DNA of 64,000 nucleotides from Ophelia neglecta (lineage: Eukaryota), in assembly GCA_965285935.1 (NCBI GenBank), contig OZ260661.1:88226001-88290000 (forward strand), given 5' to 3'. This document shows positions 1-13,504 of this stretch, in pieces. Each line of letters opens with the position of its first letter. The stretch's first letter is position 1. The translations under genes were made by a program, and so were the position numbers. The notes beneath the pieces were generated by a model, which saw only the letters and a program-made list of their open reading frames with translations, searched no databases and was not told the origin of the DNA.

Positions 1-3000
1 TGTTAGTAATTCCGTTCCTTTCATTTTTAATTGTACGTTTTTGACTATTTATCCCCTGTCCATCCTTTTCGGAATAACGCCACATGTTTTAAAATAATCT
101 CGTTTGCTTTCAAGTATCATATCAGATGATTATGAGATAATAGAAAACATTATTAGTTGTAGACGGGCTTGGTGCTTATCGGGCTTTTTAATATCAAGCG
201 TTGTTTCAGGCCTGTTTCACTCCCACGCCTACATTCCGTGGAAATTTTACAATATGTTAATGAAACAATGTGGCTGTGCATGAAGATAAGACCAAGCCTC
301 ACACGTGCTTTTAACATAAAACATGCCCATTCATACACGCTTACAAGCTCTGCCTGTCTTTACTTCATTTATGAATGTCATCGGCTTGTTGGAAACGGTA
401 ACAGGAAGCCACACCTATGGAAAGAAGAGAAACCTCCATCATGTAAACACGTAGTCATCTGTAATAATACAATATGTCTGCTCGTTTGTTAGGTAATGTG
501 GGTACCTCTGAAGCGGGTGTGGTTGTCTTTGTTACGTTAGGCAATCCATACAGATGCTGGTATTGCTCCTTTGTATAACTGCCGGACCCGTATGCCGCAT
601 CATATATGTATTATTACCGCCCACATGTGTCTGGGGATTATATGTACCTGTACTTTTAAAGGTGACGCCTTGCAAGTAAACATTTTTACTAAATAGGGCT
701 TAACCGGTGGATGCAATTCAAATTAAATGTCTGTGTCCTATAGACTCTAATCCTATTCCCTTTAAATGGTTAGCATCTCAGATTAAATCTGATCTGACTG
801 AGTAAAATATCATCCTTTTGTATAAAATTAAATCTTTTATGTTTCCATTGCATCATTATTGGCATTGCCCGCATTGGGCAGAAGCAGATGTTAGTAGAAA
901 TTCCCAAAAAAAATTAATGATTCTTTCTTGGCTAATTTTCAACTCTTTTTTATCAGATAATGGCAAAGCATGTAAGCTTGTATTATCGCCAAAGCGTGTG
1001 GTGTATACCTAGCTATACAAGATAACGACCGCAGCTTATTCACATGATTGTATGCATGGAAAATGAAGTTTTTAAACAAAAACAGTTATAGAGTGTCAAA
1101 GTTTAGCTTGTAATAAATTACTAGCATTTCATTTATTTCAATAATACGCCGTTCAATATATTTGCAGTTCAATAACCGTAGCCCAGTTTAAAGGCAGTGG
1201 ACGCTAGTGCAAAGCGTTCTCAGATATGTATGGTAAGAAAAACCTTGAGATTTCGCAGGCGCGACGCCTGCACTGGGCAAGGTCGAGCTGACATCTTTAA
1301 TACTAAGGTTGGGTTGTGTTTTCACGTAGACCCGATACCAGGAGACAAGCTTATCTTGGCGACCGAGATGGCACCACCCAACGTTTCAATAAATCTCTCT
1401 ACAGTGGTTGTGAAAGACCATTGTGTAGTTTGCACAAACACAATATATATAGGCTGCTAGCTCAGGACCCAAACAATACAAAATAGGTGACCCTTATAGC
1501 AGTTTGAAACCATTATCCAATTAAACAAATTAACTAGGCTCGAAAGGTCTTTGATTATAAACACAACTACATGTATACAATTATCATTTTGTTTAATCAA
1601 TTGTTTTATTGAACAATGGGAATTTGGCCAAAGTCCGTAGGGGCCGTTGTTTATTTCAGGTAGGCTTTTAGGCCTTTGTACAGGGTGAACATGGCATCTC
1701 AAATATATTATTCGTTAACACTTTTTTTTCAAGTCAATAATAAATAAACTGAATATTAAAATCTCTTTCAGATCGTTATAAAACTGCGATTGCAGCATTG
1801 CTCTTTCAATTCGCTGCATTCATTGGGGAAACGTCAATCAGAGGGAGAAGATGTTCTCGCCGAACAATGCCTCCGACACAATGCATGTTCCGAAGTGAAA
1901 CAGTCTTTCTGTAAGTGTGTTTAAGGCGTAACTAAATGGTAACACATGGTGAAACACATTTCAATGCAGTCAGCCCGGCTACCAACAAAACCATCCAGGC
2001 CAGATCCAAGGAGGATGAGGTGGGGGATGGTGTGGGGGTTTGGGTAGGGCCGGGGCTAACATTTGATCAATTCTTACTAATGAATGGTCGGCCATGTGCT
2101 TTAGTTATTATTTCTAATAACAGGAATCGTCACCTGATCTAGTCCACTTGTATACAATTATTCAGTTAATAAAATTTGCACTGGATCCGGTTTGTACCCG
2201 GGCAGGACTTGTTTTAATTTATATCATAATACGTCACTTTTAATGGCATTTGTAAAATATAATTCGCTTGTCAGTACAAATAACTTGCGGAACTCCCTAT
2301 AGGTGTCCCTTGTAAAGCAAGCATATGATTATATAAGATTATAGTACGAAGAAACTTAAAAAGACACCGACGTAATATTAATGCTCGATTAATCAAAGGC
2401 ATCCGATTCGCCATATTCCTTCCAAAAACGCTCGCCTCTTATTATCAGCTTATCGAATTTGAGATTCTATCCAAGGTATCAAATTTGAGATTTTATCTGA
2501 GGGGTAAAGCCTTGCATTTATACCGTCCGACAGCCAACATCCTTCCGTGTAAAGGTATATAAAAGGTCCCGTCAAGATAACCTTTTGCAAATTGACAGTT
2601 TGGTTTCTTTGATTTCTATACCCTTTAGAAGGTCCTTAATTGTCTGCAGACAGGCTGGTTTGGAATATTTAACAGGATGTGATACGTTTCACATGCCTCC
2701 CTTTATGTTTATGACAAAAGACAAATAAAACCACACAACTCCTTACCGCATCGTACAGACACGACTCGGGTTTGGTATTCATGCTTGCTATCTAGTATGT
2801 TTATCGTGTAACCTGCCCGAGGGCTGTCTCAACAAATGCCTTGTTCAAATTCTGCATTCATTTGCGCGGGGGGGGGGGGGGGGGGGGTATTAAGTGGCTT
2901 AATGATAAAGTTCGATTAGATCTAACAGTCCGGAGGTTGATTCATATGTCTTGATTAACTTATTTAATAGCCTCTATTTTATCAATCACCCTGCTACTTA

Positions 3001-3423
3001 TTAATATAAATACGCTGTAATGTAGAGAGTGTGGTTGGGATGGGGAGGGTGGGGGGGGGGAAGGGGGCCAGGTTACAACAGCAGGTTATTATTACTGATT
3101 TATCATTTAGCTTATTCTTAAAACAAGGCAATGATACATAAAAGTGTAAAACCATCGATTAAAAAATAAGACATATATCTGGAACAAAAATGGTAGATAT
3201 TTTGAGGCCTGACAACGACGAGACAGCTTCTATAGCCATCGTGTTTAATGGTCTCATTCGGGTGTCTACTTCGGCTGATCCGGCTTGTCATGCGCGCCGG
3301 GCTGCCCTTGCCCTGGCCTTGACTGCATGGTCACTGCAGACAGCCGAGACATCTGCTGTCTCAGGGGCATGTTAATGATGTGGAATGGGGCCCGGAATGG
3401 GAATAATGACCGCGTGAACGATC

Positions 3424-3437
3424 AGGTCAGAAGGTCA
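3424..3437 (+). promoter_or_regulatory. Perfect nuclear-receptor DR2 element
   Basis: AGGTCA-GA-AGGTCA within a GC-rich, apparently non-repetitive block. Confidence 0.45.
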
Positions 3438-6400
3438 GTTCCTTGCCGATGATATGGTGATGACATTAGTTTGAGGGTGAGGGTGAGAAAAGTAGTCCCG
3501 TCTATGGAACTTCCTGCAGAACCACGTGAAGCCCTTGGAATATGTGCCACGTGGTTGGTTGGGCGGGGTTCGGTTTGGCGCACTGGGGAAGCTGGTTTTG
3601 CAGGATGCATATATATTTACGGATACCTTCCGCATTTCTAAAATAATTTAAATGCACTTTGCATAGTAATTCGGGCTTGATCCTCAGCCGCCAATGCATT
3701 TAGAAAGAATCATTTACGGGGCAGAAAATAATAATGACACCAATAAGGGCTCAGGATTAGGGGTCTTTAGGTTTATTTCATTAAATAATTCCACGAGAGC
3801 TAGAGAAATAGTAGAACACGCTTAGTTAGACTAATCATAAATACACAAGTCTAATTATATATAGGCGTATAGGTATATTTGGTGCCAACGGTACAATGTC
3901 GATAGACTGTACTTGTACTCTGTTGAGTTGTTCAAACTTATCTGTACTCAAAGCTTGGTCACGTCAGAATAAGTGTCTTAAAAGGTATGTTCTTTTCATT
4001 TATTCATTTTATGCATTGCACGCAACTAGGGCATATTGCAAAAGGGCATGTCTAAATAAGTAAAATAAGTTGATAAATAGTATATAGGCCTAAATTCAGT
4101 TCTATTGTCGTAGATTTTAGGCCTAGCCTAGACGAGAATGTACAATGAGGTCGCCCGGCGCGTCTCATTGTACAGCGAGAGCCGGCGTGCAGACAATAGG
4201 CCCATTGGAATGTCATAGTAATTCAGCCATTTGCCCATCAGCAAACTATAGGTATTTAAAGTCAGATTTGAATTAGTACGGGTCAACGAGTATGCAAACA
4301 ATTAAAAGGGCGTTCAATTATAAAGTCCGGGGGGTTGGTTATTGGATTCAATGCCGGGAGGTTTAGTTTAAACGTCGCGAAATATAAAGAATACGGAATA
4401 CATAATCGAATGCCATACATTGTTGAATTGAATGAAGCGCGCATACGCTCGTGGAAAGGGCGAATCGCGCGATAAGTGTACCGAAACGCGCATATCACAT
4501 GGGTGATTAAATCCAATTAGATAATCAGCATTTGGAAATATGATATATATGAAACATAATCGTGTGGAAATACATCTATGGGTATAGCGCAATTGAATGG
4601 AGACCGAACATGAAAACATGGCTTTGATAGTTATATAATTCATTCAGACTAACTATTAATGTCCGTCGACGAACTTGACCGATAATCATAAACCAGAATA
4701 TATTATGTAGGCAAGCGGACCGAAGATCAAACTGTTGCATTTGATTGTCACGTGATTTCGGTTACTGGCTGACAAATAATCCGCAGACATACGATATGCA
4801 GGCCTACATACAATGTCCATTGTTAGCACCAGTTACGATTTTTACATAACATGTCTGGAACTTGACTCGCCCATGTGCATGGTGTGGTCATAGCTGGCGG
4901 TAAGCCATAGGCCATTAGGCCAATCGTCTGCTCGACCCGTATAGGCCTAAATGTGTCAAGTTTGCTCTGACAAAAGTATAGCTCCTTCTCCAAGCGTTCA
5001 TTTAAATAAATAAAAAACCGACAATGAAGTAAAGTCGAAATTAAGCAAAATAATTGTTATAATGAAATATATATGGGTTAAAATTGAAAACAACCCGCTG
5101 CACAGAAGTTGAGATTTTAGAAGGGTCAGTTCAGTGAGCAGGTACAGTGATATATCACTCAATTTGCACCCGTTTGGGAGCAGTGGTGTAGACGAGATTA
5201 CTTAGTGTACATGAGTATATTTGTTCCAAAATCATTTATAGTTAACCAAAAGCCTAAAAGTGTTGGCCATTGTCAATGTATATGAAATATCACGAGCTAT
5301 GTTAAGCGTTAATCAAGAATGTTTGTAAAAATGTCACTTCATAATGTCACTTTATTATGAAACAATAGGCTATAATGCAATTGTAAATTGATTAACACAG
5401 CTTCTTGTCCAGTTTATTTATCATTGTTATTGCAGTATGGACCCTTGGGCTATTTTTAGGACATAAATTAAAGCAACAGAAATTGTACTGAATGACATCT
5501 ACATACAGATAACGTTTAAGGAACAATTAAGTCGTGAATCGCACGATAGCTTGTGTGCCCTTCCCGCGTTCATTAGACCAAACAGTGATGCATTCTTCAC
5601 CTCAATCAGAGGGCTTCACACTTTGTACCTTCAAGTGTTGGTATATTGTTACATTGTACCATTATCCCGTGTCTTCAATTGGCATGTAATAGTTTGGTCA
5701 GGTTTAATCAGTACATGATCTACTGTAACAATAAAGACGCATCCTTATCTTAATGGACGCGACCAGAATCCTTTTGTAGAAATACACAACAGTTCCCCCA
5801 CACGTATTGTAGTTTTTCTCTTTGCACAGGGATGTGCATGTCACCCCATGAACAATCAGCGTCTTCCCCCCCCCCCCTGCCCGACAACCTTCGTCTAAGC
5901 CGTATCTGACACCTGACATCCGCAGCAGCCCTCGGGCATCGTTGTCTACTTTATTAATACATTGCGAAATCTAGCTACAAAATTGTTGGGTTTATTGATG
6001 TCAGTTTTTAATGATTTATTTAATAAAATCACACTGAACCTAGGCCTATATACATGCCATATTAAATGCTAAAGACTAGGCTCACTGCCATAGCTGGACT
6101 TCATTCCCCATGGTTTAGTATAATACCCGGTGTAATAATTCCCCTTTTTGCCCTCAGTGAGGTAAGTAAACATGATTATATCTTAAGCCAGGGAAACTCA
6201 CTGTAAGGCACGAATGACGCTAGAATGAGGGTGACCCTCTACTTGAGTGTAAATTAATGAAAATGACAGAGGTTAAATAAATAAATAAAATACATGGTTA
6301 AATAAGTGGATAAATGAATAGAGTTATTGGATTGCTAGTAACCAATTCAGTTCGAAGGGTGAACTTATCTCAAAACAATGAAAAATGAAATGTAGAATAA

Positions 6401-9400
6401 AAGGCAAAAGGGGAAAAAACAGTAAAAAGAAGCAAGCAGGCGTAGTTCTGGAAATAGTGCTGATAATTAATTTAAAGACTGTGTACCGTGTTCATATCCT
6501 AGATCGACTACCAAAACTTGATAGGCTATATATACAGTAAGGTCAATGAGCCGCACAGACCTTGAAACTTGTTGTTCACCACATTAGGAGTTGACAAGGA
6601 GTTAAATCTAGGAGTATTGCCTTTACATGTATTAACAATTACTTCAGCGGCATATACCTACAGGCTCTTCGTTATAGTACGATGCCGGTGATATATAGTT
6701 GGGAAGGTTTCCTTCCTTACCCCCCCCCCCCCTGCCCCTATAATTTGCAAAAGGCCGGTGTATTCACATTTCTGTGACCCTTCGTCTTCCTTCCCGAATA
6801 CTCCCATTAGAGGGTTGCCGTTCTGTAAACCAACTAGAGCCCCCATCCCACCCCCATTCAAAGTCACTCATAGTTATACATGATGCACGTACACCTTATT
6901 CACCTTCTATATAAAATGACCTCTCTTTTAATTGATTTATCCCATGGCACATAGGCCTGAGTCTCGAGACCCATACGTCGCATAATTATACACTCATGTC
7001 ATCATTATCCGTTTCGATTAAGGCATTAATGTATAATTAAATGACAACAAGGCGTTTAGAAACACCCCCCCCCCCCACAGCCACACCTATGGAAAGGGAC
7101 AATAAACAAGTCTGTTGCAGTGTCCATTCCGAACAAAGCCTAATTAAGAGTCCATATATATCAAAGTAAGTTTTTCTCTCAAATAAATCACTTACAATTT
7201 CCATAAATGCCAAAAATGGAAAACTATTGTGCACACTCCCACTATACTACCCCCCCCCCCCGCCCACCCCCCTCCTGACTCATGTTTTGCCTCCTTTTTA
7301 ACATTTGACCTTGAACGAACCATTCAAGGTCAATCTAATGGCACAATCGGAAGCGCCATGCTGGATTTCATATATCATATTTATTCTTTTTAAACGTCCC
7401 CCCCCCCACCCCCCGGTGCAAATTAAAATGTTAAACCCAATATTGACATGAATATGCAAATAGGGAAGCCCGAAAATGTATGTGAGCGGAAATTTATTTC
7501 AGGCTATATACATGTCATATAATTTGATATCATATACCATACACACACGAAACAATCTGTATGCATTGCGGTATCTGTCTCACAGAACAGACGTCTAGAT
7601 CTAAGCAACAAAATACAAGGAAGGAATAATACTTCTATATATTCTGACCCTGTAGGTGCTAAAGGGACATTTTTTATGATAATTGCAACCAATTTGTTAA
7701 ATTGTGCATACGGAAGGACAATGAAAATCGTAAAGAGACACATTTAGTTGAGTCAATAATTGTTAACAATATACCGCTGTAATGATGTACGCGAAATATT
7801 TATTTATATACCAATGTCAACTTAAATGTGGTGTTCGGCAATAAGTGTACTTTCAACACAGTTTACAGGCCAATTGGATGAGGTTTGGATGAACAAGGAA
7901 ACCGCTATCTTCTATATTATTATTACCGAAAGCATCTCTGGAATTTTATTTTCACGTGCAAACATAATACCCAATTAGGACATTTGATATGATCCACCGC
8001 GGTATGTGTAAACAGAAAACATTCTCGTCAACACTAGATCTAAATCGTAATAAACCACGAGTTTATTCTTTTCTTGGCACAGATCAATATATTTTGTAAA
8101 ATTAATGCCTCCTTAGGGAGCTCATGTTTGGGATTATGCCTGGGACGAGTCTCTCCGGAATGGCAAGGATTAATGCAGAACATAGTTTGCCTAGAAACAT
8201 ACAGACCTACTCCACGTTCTTGGCAGTGGCCCAACACTATTTATCAGTTTATGCCAAATGCGCAATCACGCTTTTGGCGAACAGTCTGGAAAGGAGGGTC
8301 GGGCCTATTGCGCAGTTGCACCAGTCCATATTTTTTATGATAATGTTTACGTTAGAAACAGAAAAAAAACTCTGAAAAATGATTGTTTGTCATGGCACAG
8401 ACACAAATCACCTGGCTACCCTTTGTGTCTGCTCTTTAGGTCGGATAACGAATAATAACTTATCGGAACCAGTTGTCGTACTATTGACTCCAATACTCAA
8501 TAAAGCATCCTATAACGCATCATGGTATATAGTCGTAGAATATAGAAAAAAACAAGCACGTGGTTAACGCGAAAATGAAGTTTCCCAACCCCATATCCGA
8601 ACATCTGCACTACCCTAATATACCTTCAGGTGAATCACACTTTACAAACTTTAAGCCCCTATGATTATGACAGATATAGTAAAATCCGGCTCCATTTGTC
8701 CAAAGAAAAAAAAAAACATGTCGCAAATTCTTTATGACACATTCAGTTTGTCTGCCTCGTTGTAGAATGGATACAGAAATTGCGTTCTTGGCACTCGCTA
8801 ATAGAGTCGGAATATTGCCAACACCCATTGATTTGGTATAGTACAGTACAGCTACTTAACGTTACAATAAATGTCTGGTCTAAGGGTTTATTGGTTTGGC
8901 TGGGATGAGCTATGCTTGGTATTGGCTAAAGGAATCACCGTGTTTATTTGTCACATGATGATGACGGACTTGTCACGCGCTTAGTGACGCAGTTAGCTGT
9001 TCTTGTCATGTGTTTCGAAATCAGCACATGGTTTGTCGGTGTCATAACCAATGAACGATGTAACAGAATATATATAGGTCCTAGAGCCAGGCATGATGTT
9101 TGTCTCGTCTACTGCTGAAAATCATTTCCTGGAAACAAAATTAGTTATGACTATGTGCGTGTCTAATTGATTATTACAGGCAGCTCCTGTCTATGGACTG
9201 TAAACAATTATTACAACTGGCCCCTTCATTTATAACTACCGCTACTAGGAATGTCAATCATAAATTTAAAAAAATTGTTTCCCTTGAACAAAATGATAAA
9301 GATGGTATTAAACATTTCAAAATGCTATGAATTAAGCCATACGTGGGAATCCACTTGTTGGTGATGAAAAGTGATATTTGAAATTATACAATGAGCTTAC

Positions 9401-10389
9401 CGGTATCTTATCTACATAAGCTATAGGTTGTATTTATTGTTAAAAGGACATTGTGGATGAAATTTAGAATTTTTTGATTCACTGAGTGTTCAAAATGTTA
9501 ATTTGACATCCAGATCGATAATGCCCCGGACGGCTCTAGTTTTAAAAACACCATAAATAAATTTGTGGGGATATTAAACCTCGATCGAAATCGAAGCTTC
9601 TGTGACCTCACGGAATTTGCTAGCAGCTAAGCATAAGTCTTTGACGGTCGTTGCCACCATTGCCACCATTATTGCTGGCGAGACTGCCAAATCTTGCAGA
9701 CTTGGCCGACTGCCAATTCCTGCGGCACTCTTCTGCTGCAGCAACGACGCAGTAAAATTGCTGCGTAGTAGACCTATGCTATTAATAGAAGTTCATCTCA
9801 GAACTGTTTGTTTACGAGTCTTGCAGCCGCAAATCGATATTATAAAAATGTTAGGCTTTTACATGGGACTTATTCCGTTGACATGATTAATGGGAATAGG
9901 AACCAGGAACGCGGTTTAGTCTTTGATATCAGATGCCTATTAGTCATTAAGATTTCATTTCCAGCGTCAGGCAACTAGACCCTACCTAGTTTATGTCTAA
10001 ATAATGGTTGTTAAAATAATGGCATATACTTAGACCAATTAGTTTGTGAGAACATGAATATGGGGACTAAAGTTTTGTCATTGTCATTATCTAGCAGACC
10101 TACTGAGACTGAATTCGGAGGAGTTATGCTTATGTCTGCTAAGAAATAAACGGCCCGAAAAGAATAGCTCCTCCCCTTCAAATTACAAAGTGCAACGGAA
10201 AATTCTTTATTTTTATTTAAAGCTTCGTCCATTAGATTACACAGAGTTTGGGGGTTTGGTTTCCTTTTGCCCAAACTGGAGTTAAAGAACTTTGATTTAA
10301 AATGCGTGCTTTTATTTTACTGAAGCCGACGGTTTAGGAAACATACGGCAGGTGGGGTTGATCACACAAGATCGTTAAATGCCGCTGAG

Positions 10390-10458
10390 GAAACCTACCT
10401 TAAAGAGCACTTCTATATTATGACCACCTGTCAATTAAGACCATTAATGTGAAGACCT
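10390..10458 (-). mobile_element. Fragment of the CAGTG MITE family (right end)
   Basis: AAACCTACCTTAAAGAGCACTTCTAT...GACCACCTGTCAATTAAGACCA matches the reverse complement of ~39865-39931. Confidence 0.65.
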
Positions 10459-10934
10459 TTCTTAACATACCAGGAGAAAAAAGAGAACAGGTATTGAGTC
10501 AACGGAAGACCTGGAGAAAATCAAATGCCAACCTCAAGATGGAGAGAAAGAGCAGGGATTTAAAGGTGAAGAGACGGGTATAAAAGTCACTGGACATGCT
10601 CAGAAAAAAATATAGGCTATATATATATATATGTAGAAGGCTTATAAATATATTTATATTTAAGATAGAAAGATACGACATGAGCAGGTAGTGCATCAAC
10701 TATGTTATAATATTATGCAAGCAATTAATCACTATCTTGCTTTAAAAGGGGTGTGACTATGCCCTTTTAGCCTTTATAAATATGCATAAGAAGTTCATTT
10801 ACATGTATATACAGACGCCATTAACACATCTGTTCATTAAATACACTAGGAAATCTGAACGGGTAAATAAGAGGAGATCTCATGAGTGTGGATTTGACAA
10901 AGACCGACTTAATTCACGCCAAGGACTATATAGA

Positions 10935-11348
10935 CACAATGCCGGCCATTGTGACAGTAGTGGTGCTGATCTGATGCTGGAGAAGAGGCTCTTGTCTAGA
11001 CTTTCACATGAAGCCTTCAGGCACCGTTCGTCGAAGGCCACGTAGACGCAACAGTTACGCTGATATTACAAAATGCAGACATGTTAATGGTATGCACCAA
11101 CTCAGTCAGACCATCGTGCCCTTGCCCGAGGTAATTACATCGCCGTTTCCGAGCAGCGACCCCTTCTGTGCGAGTTCTCTGCCAGGCTCAGGAAGGCCTT
11201 CATCTCACCTCCCACGAGTCCGACATAAAGGGGGTTCACGTGGGAAGGAAAATCGATTTTCTGTGGCGACAGAGCTAAACCTGCAGAATGACGCTCGCTA
11301 TGGAATTTTCCCGCCAACTCTTCGGCTCTCTGACGTTTCTATGGCAAC
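10935..11348. promoter_or_regulatory. Candidate enhancer: paired Sox site, E-box and RFX X-box
   Basis: CACAATG-CCGGC-CATTGTG (10935-10953), CACGTG (~11237), GTTTCTATGGCAAC (11335-11348). Confidence 0.4.
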
Positions 11349-12120
11349 CCCATATCTAATGAGCTACGCATTTATCAATTATTAAGCACACATTGCGCAT
11401 GATTTCCTCGTGTTACCACTACACCGATTTTTGTATTACGATGGAACGTCTGGCGGCTGTTGACTTTGTCCTTCAGCCTTCAAGGACAAACTCCCAATTC
11501 TCTCGGAACGTGGCTCCCACTCAATCAATAGAAACACTGTACGTGCACGTCAACCCACCCACACAAACTACACGGCACATCTTTGATGACTATAAACAGA
11601 TAAAGCTTTGTTTGGGTAAAGCAGCTCTTTTCTTAATAATAAAAATATATATTTCACAGTATGGGAGCGTACACTGTACGGGCAATATCGAAAAGTAAAT
11701 GGAAAATTATTGAAAAATATTACATGTATGGGTAATTTTCTGTCACGTGAATTGGTAATTGCTGGGTAATTGCATAACATGCAGTTTGGCTGTACGTAAC
11801 TGAAAGCGCAGTATACTGTACACCTGCTCCCATACTGTGTATATGTGCAAAATGGCGAAATGAAATCTATGGACCTGTCTTGTAATTAAAACGGTTTTGT
11901 TCAGTCTTATCACTCCCAGTAAACAATTCAATGTTTCCCATTTCAATTTAATTTGTTTATACATATAGGAAGACTATTTTATATGGATCATATGGCTCTT
12001 GTTCTCTTAGCTTCACTGCAAAAATATGGTCGTGGAAATATTTTTGTTTCTTTGTTCTCTTCAAAAAATAGCATCTAACTTATTATATGACACTCCTCAC
12101 AGGATGATATAGTTTGTAGA

Positions 12121-12220
12121 GAATGGACGAGTAACAGTGGATTCGTCGATCCGAATTGCCGAGGGGCGAAAGCGCCGAGGAAATTTGGTTCTACGAATCT
12201 ATCTGTTTACGAGTCAATTC
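12121..12220 (+). repeat. Imperfect ~100-bp hairpin, probable end of a non-autonomous DNA element
   Basis: GAATGGACGAGTAACAGTGGATTCGTCGATCCGAATTGCCGAGGGGC-GAAA-GCGCCGAGGAAATTTGGTTCTACGAATCTATCTGTTTACGAGTCAATTC folds on itself. Confidence 0.75.
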
Positions 12221-12797
12221 TGTTACTTGAAATATTTCGAAGAAGTCTACATATAGGCCAATCACTGTGTTCAATTGTATGTTATATAACTTGGCCTCTC
12301 TTGGCTAGGCACTCCAGACAGTACTCATGGATTCGTACATATATAGTGTAGGCCTATGTCTGCTTGGTCAAGCACAATCTTGCTATACTGGCCCGCCGTT
12401 TCATATGCAACTTGCAGGTAGGTGAACGGATTACGTCTAGAATATCTGCTACAAACAATTAGAAGCCACTCCCAACTTATTATTTTGATATGGTGGCAAA
12501 CAGCGGCAGCAATTTGATGCTTACCCAAATTAGCCCTTGGAATAAAACCTGCCCTCCAGCGTTTTCCGATATATCCGACGCCTAACTGCTCGCATCGTAC
12601 GAAAAAGGAGTCTGACATGCCTATACTGACTATTGCTCGATGATCCCCTTTTAGAGTAACTGCTCTACCTGACCAGGAACTGAAAATTTATAAAAAGCTA
12701 AACTACAAATTCTATTATTTTTCGATTATATAATTTAGATAGAAATATCTTTTAAAACTGTGTATTTTAAGGCCAACTGACACTAAGACCAACGCCA

Positions 12798-13142
12798 GAA
12801 TAGGTAGGCGATGGTAGACGGTTGGTTTAGGCGATGGTAATAAATAGTAAGAGGTGGGAGGCGATAGCTTAAAAAGGAAGGCGGTGCTAGATCGCTGTAA
12901 AAAAACGTAGGCAGTGGCAGACGATGGTAAAATAAGCAGGTGATGGTAAAATTTGCGATGGTAGAATATGGTAGGAATGTAGACTATTGTATCAACTGGT
13001 AGGCTGGTTAAAGCCGGAGGTGGTAGACAAAGGTGAATAATTGTAGGCTGTGATAAAAATGGTAGGCGATGGTACGCGATGGTGAGAAATGGTAGGCGGT
13101 GGCAAAATAGGTAGGCGGCACGTAGTAGGCGATGGTAAGACA
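12798..13142 (+). repeat. Degenerate ~21-bp minisatellite (GGTAGGCGATGGTA core)
   Basis: The core motif recurs throughout with A-rich linkers. Confidence 0.85.
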
Positions 13143-13395
13143 TGGTTGTAATTTATGATTGTAGTGTTCCAAGTGTCAATTGGCTTCATATACAGTAATT
13201 CCAGCGTTTTACGCAAACGTATTTATGTAGACGACTTCTTTCCTGGTAAACATCCACTCACTAATTCTTGTGTTTGTTTAATTGCAGTGTATCAGCTTCC
13301 ATCGACAGAAGTGTAAATGAGGATTGCGGCTATTCATTGACAAAAAAAAAACTCTATGGTGATACCTAGAATTCTATTTCTATTTGTCTTTTTAG

Positions 13396-13504
13396 GCAGT
13401 AGATTCTTATGCGCAAAATAGATTCGTCTCTACTGGGGACTCTCTACTGGGGACAGTTTACGAATCTATTGTCTGCAGAAGACTCGTGCTTCCGAATCTA
13501 CTGC
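13396..13504. repeat. Related palindrome GCAGTAGATTC...GAATCTACTGC with an internal 14-bp tandem duplication
   Basis: Inverted 11-mers flank nested ATAGATTCGT/ACGAATCTAT and TCTCTACTGGGGAC x2. It shares the GATTCGT/ACGAATC motif with the 12121 hairpin. Confidence 0.6.

Noticed and set aside
6140-6167. 4-nt microexon (CAG|TGAG|GTAAGT)
   Set aside because: No host gene context; such signals arise by chance in 64 kb.
10882-10900. Partial match to miR-279 (ATCCACACTCAT, minus strand)
   Set aside because: The seed region differs and no precursor hairpin is evident.
12715-13143. 142-aa YHRLP-repeat ORF
   Set aside because: It is the translation of the ~21-bp minisatellite.
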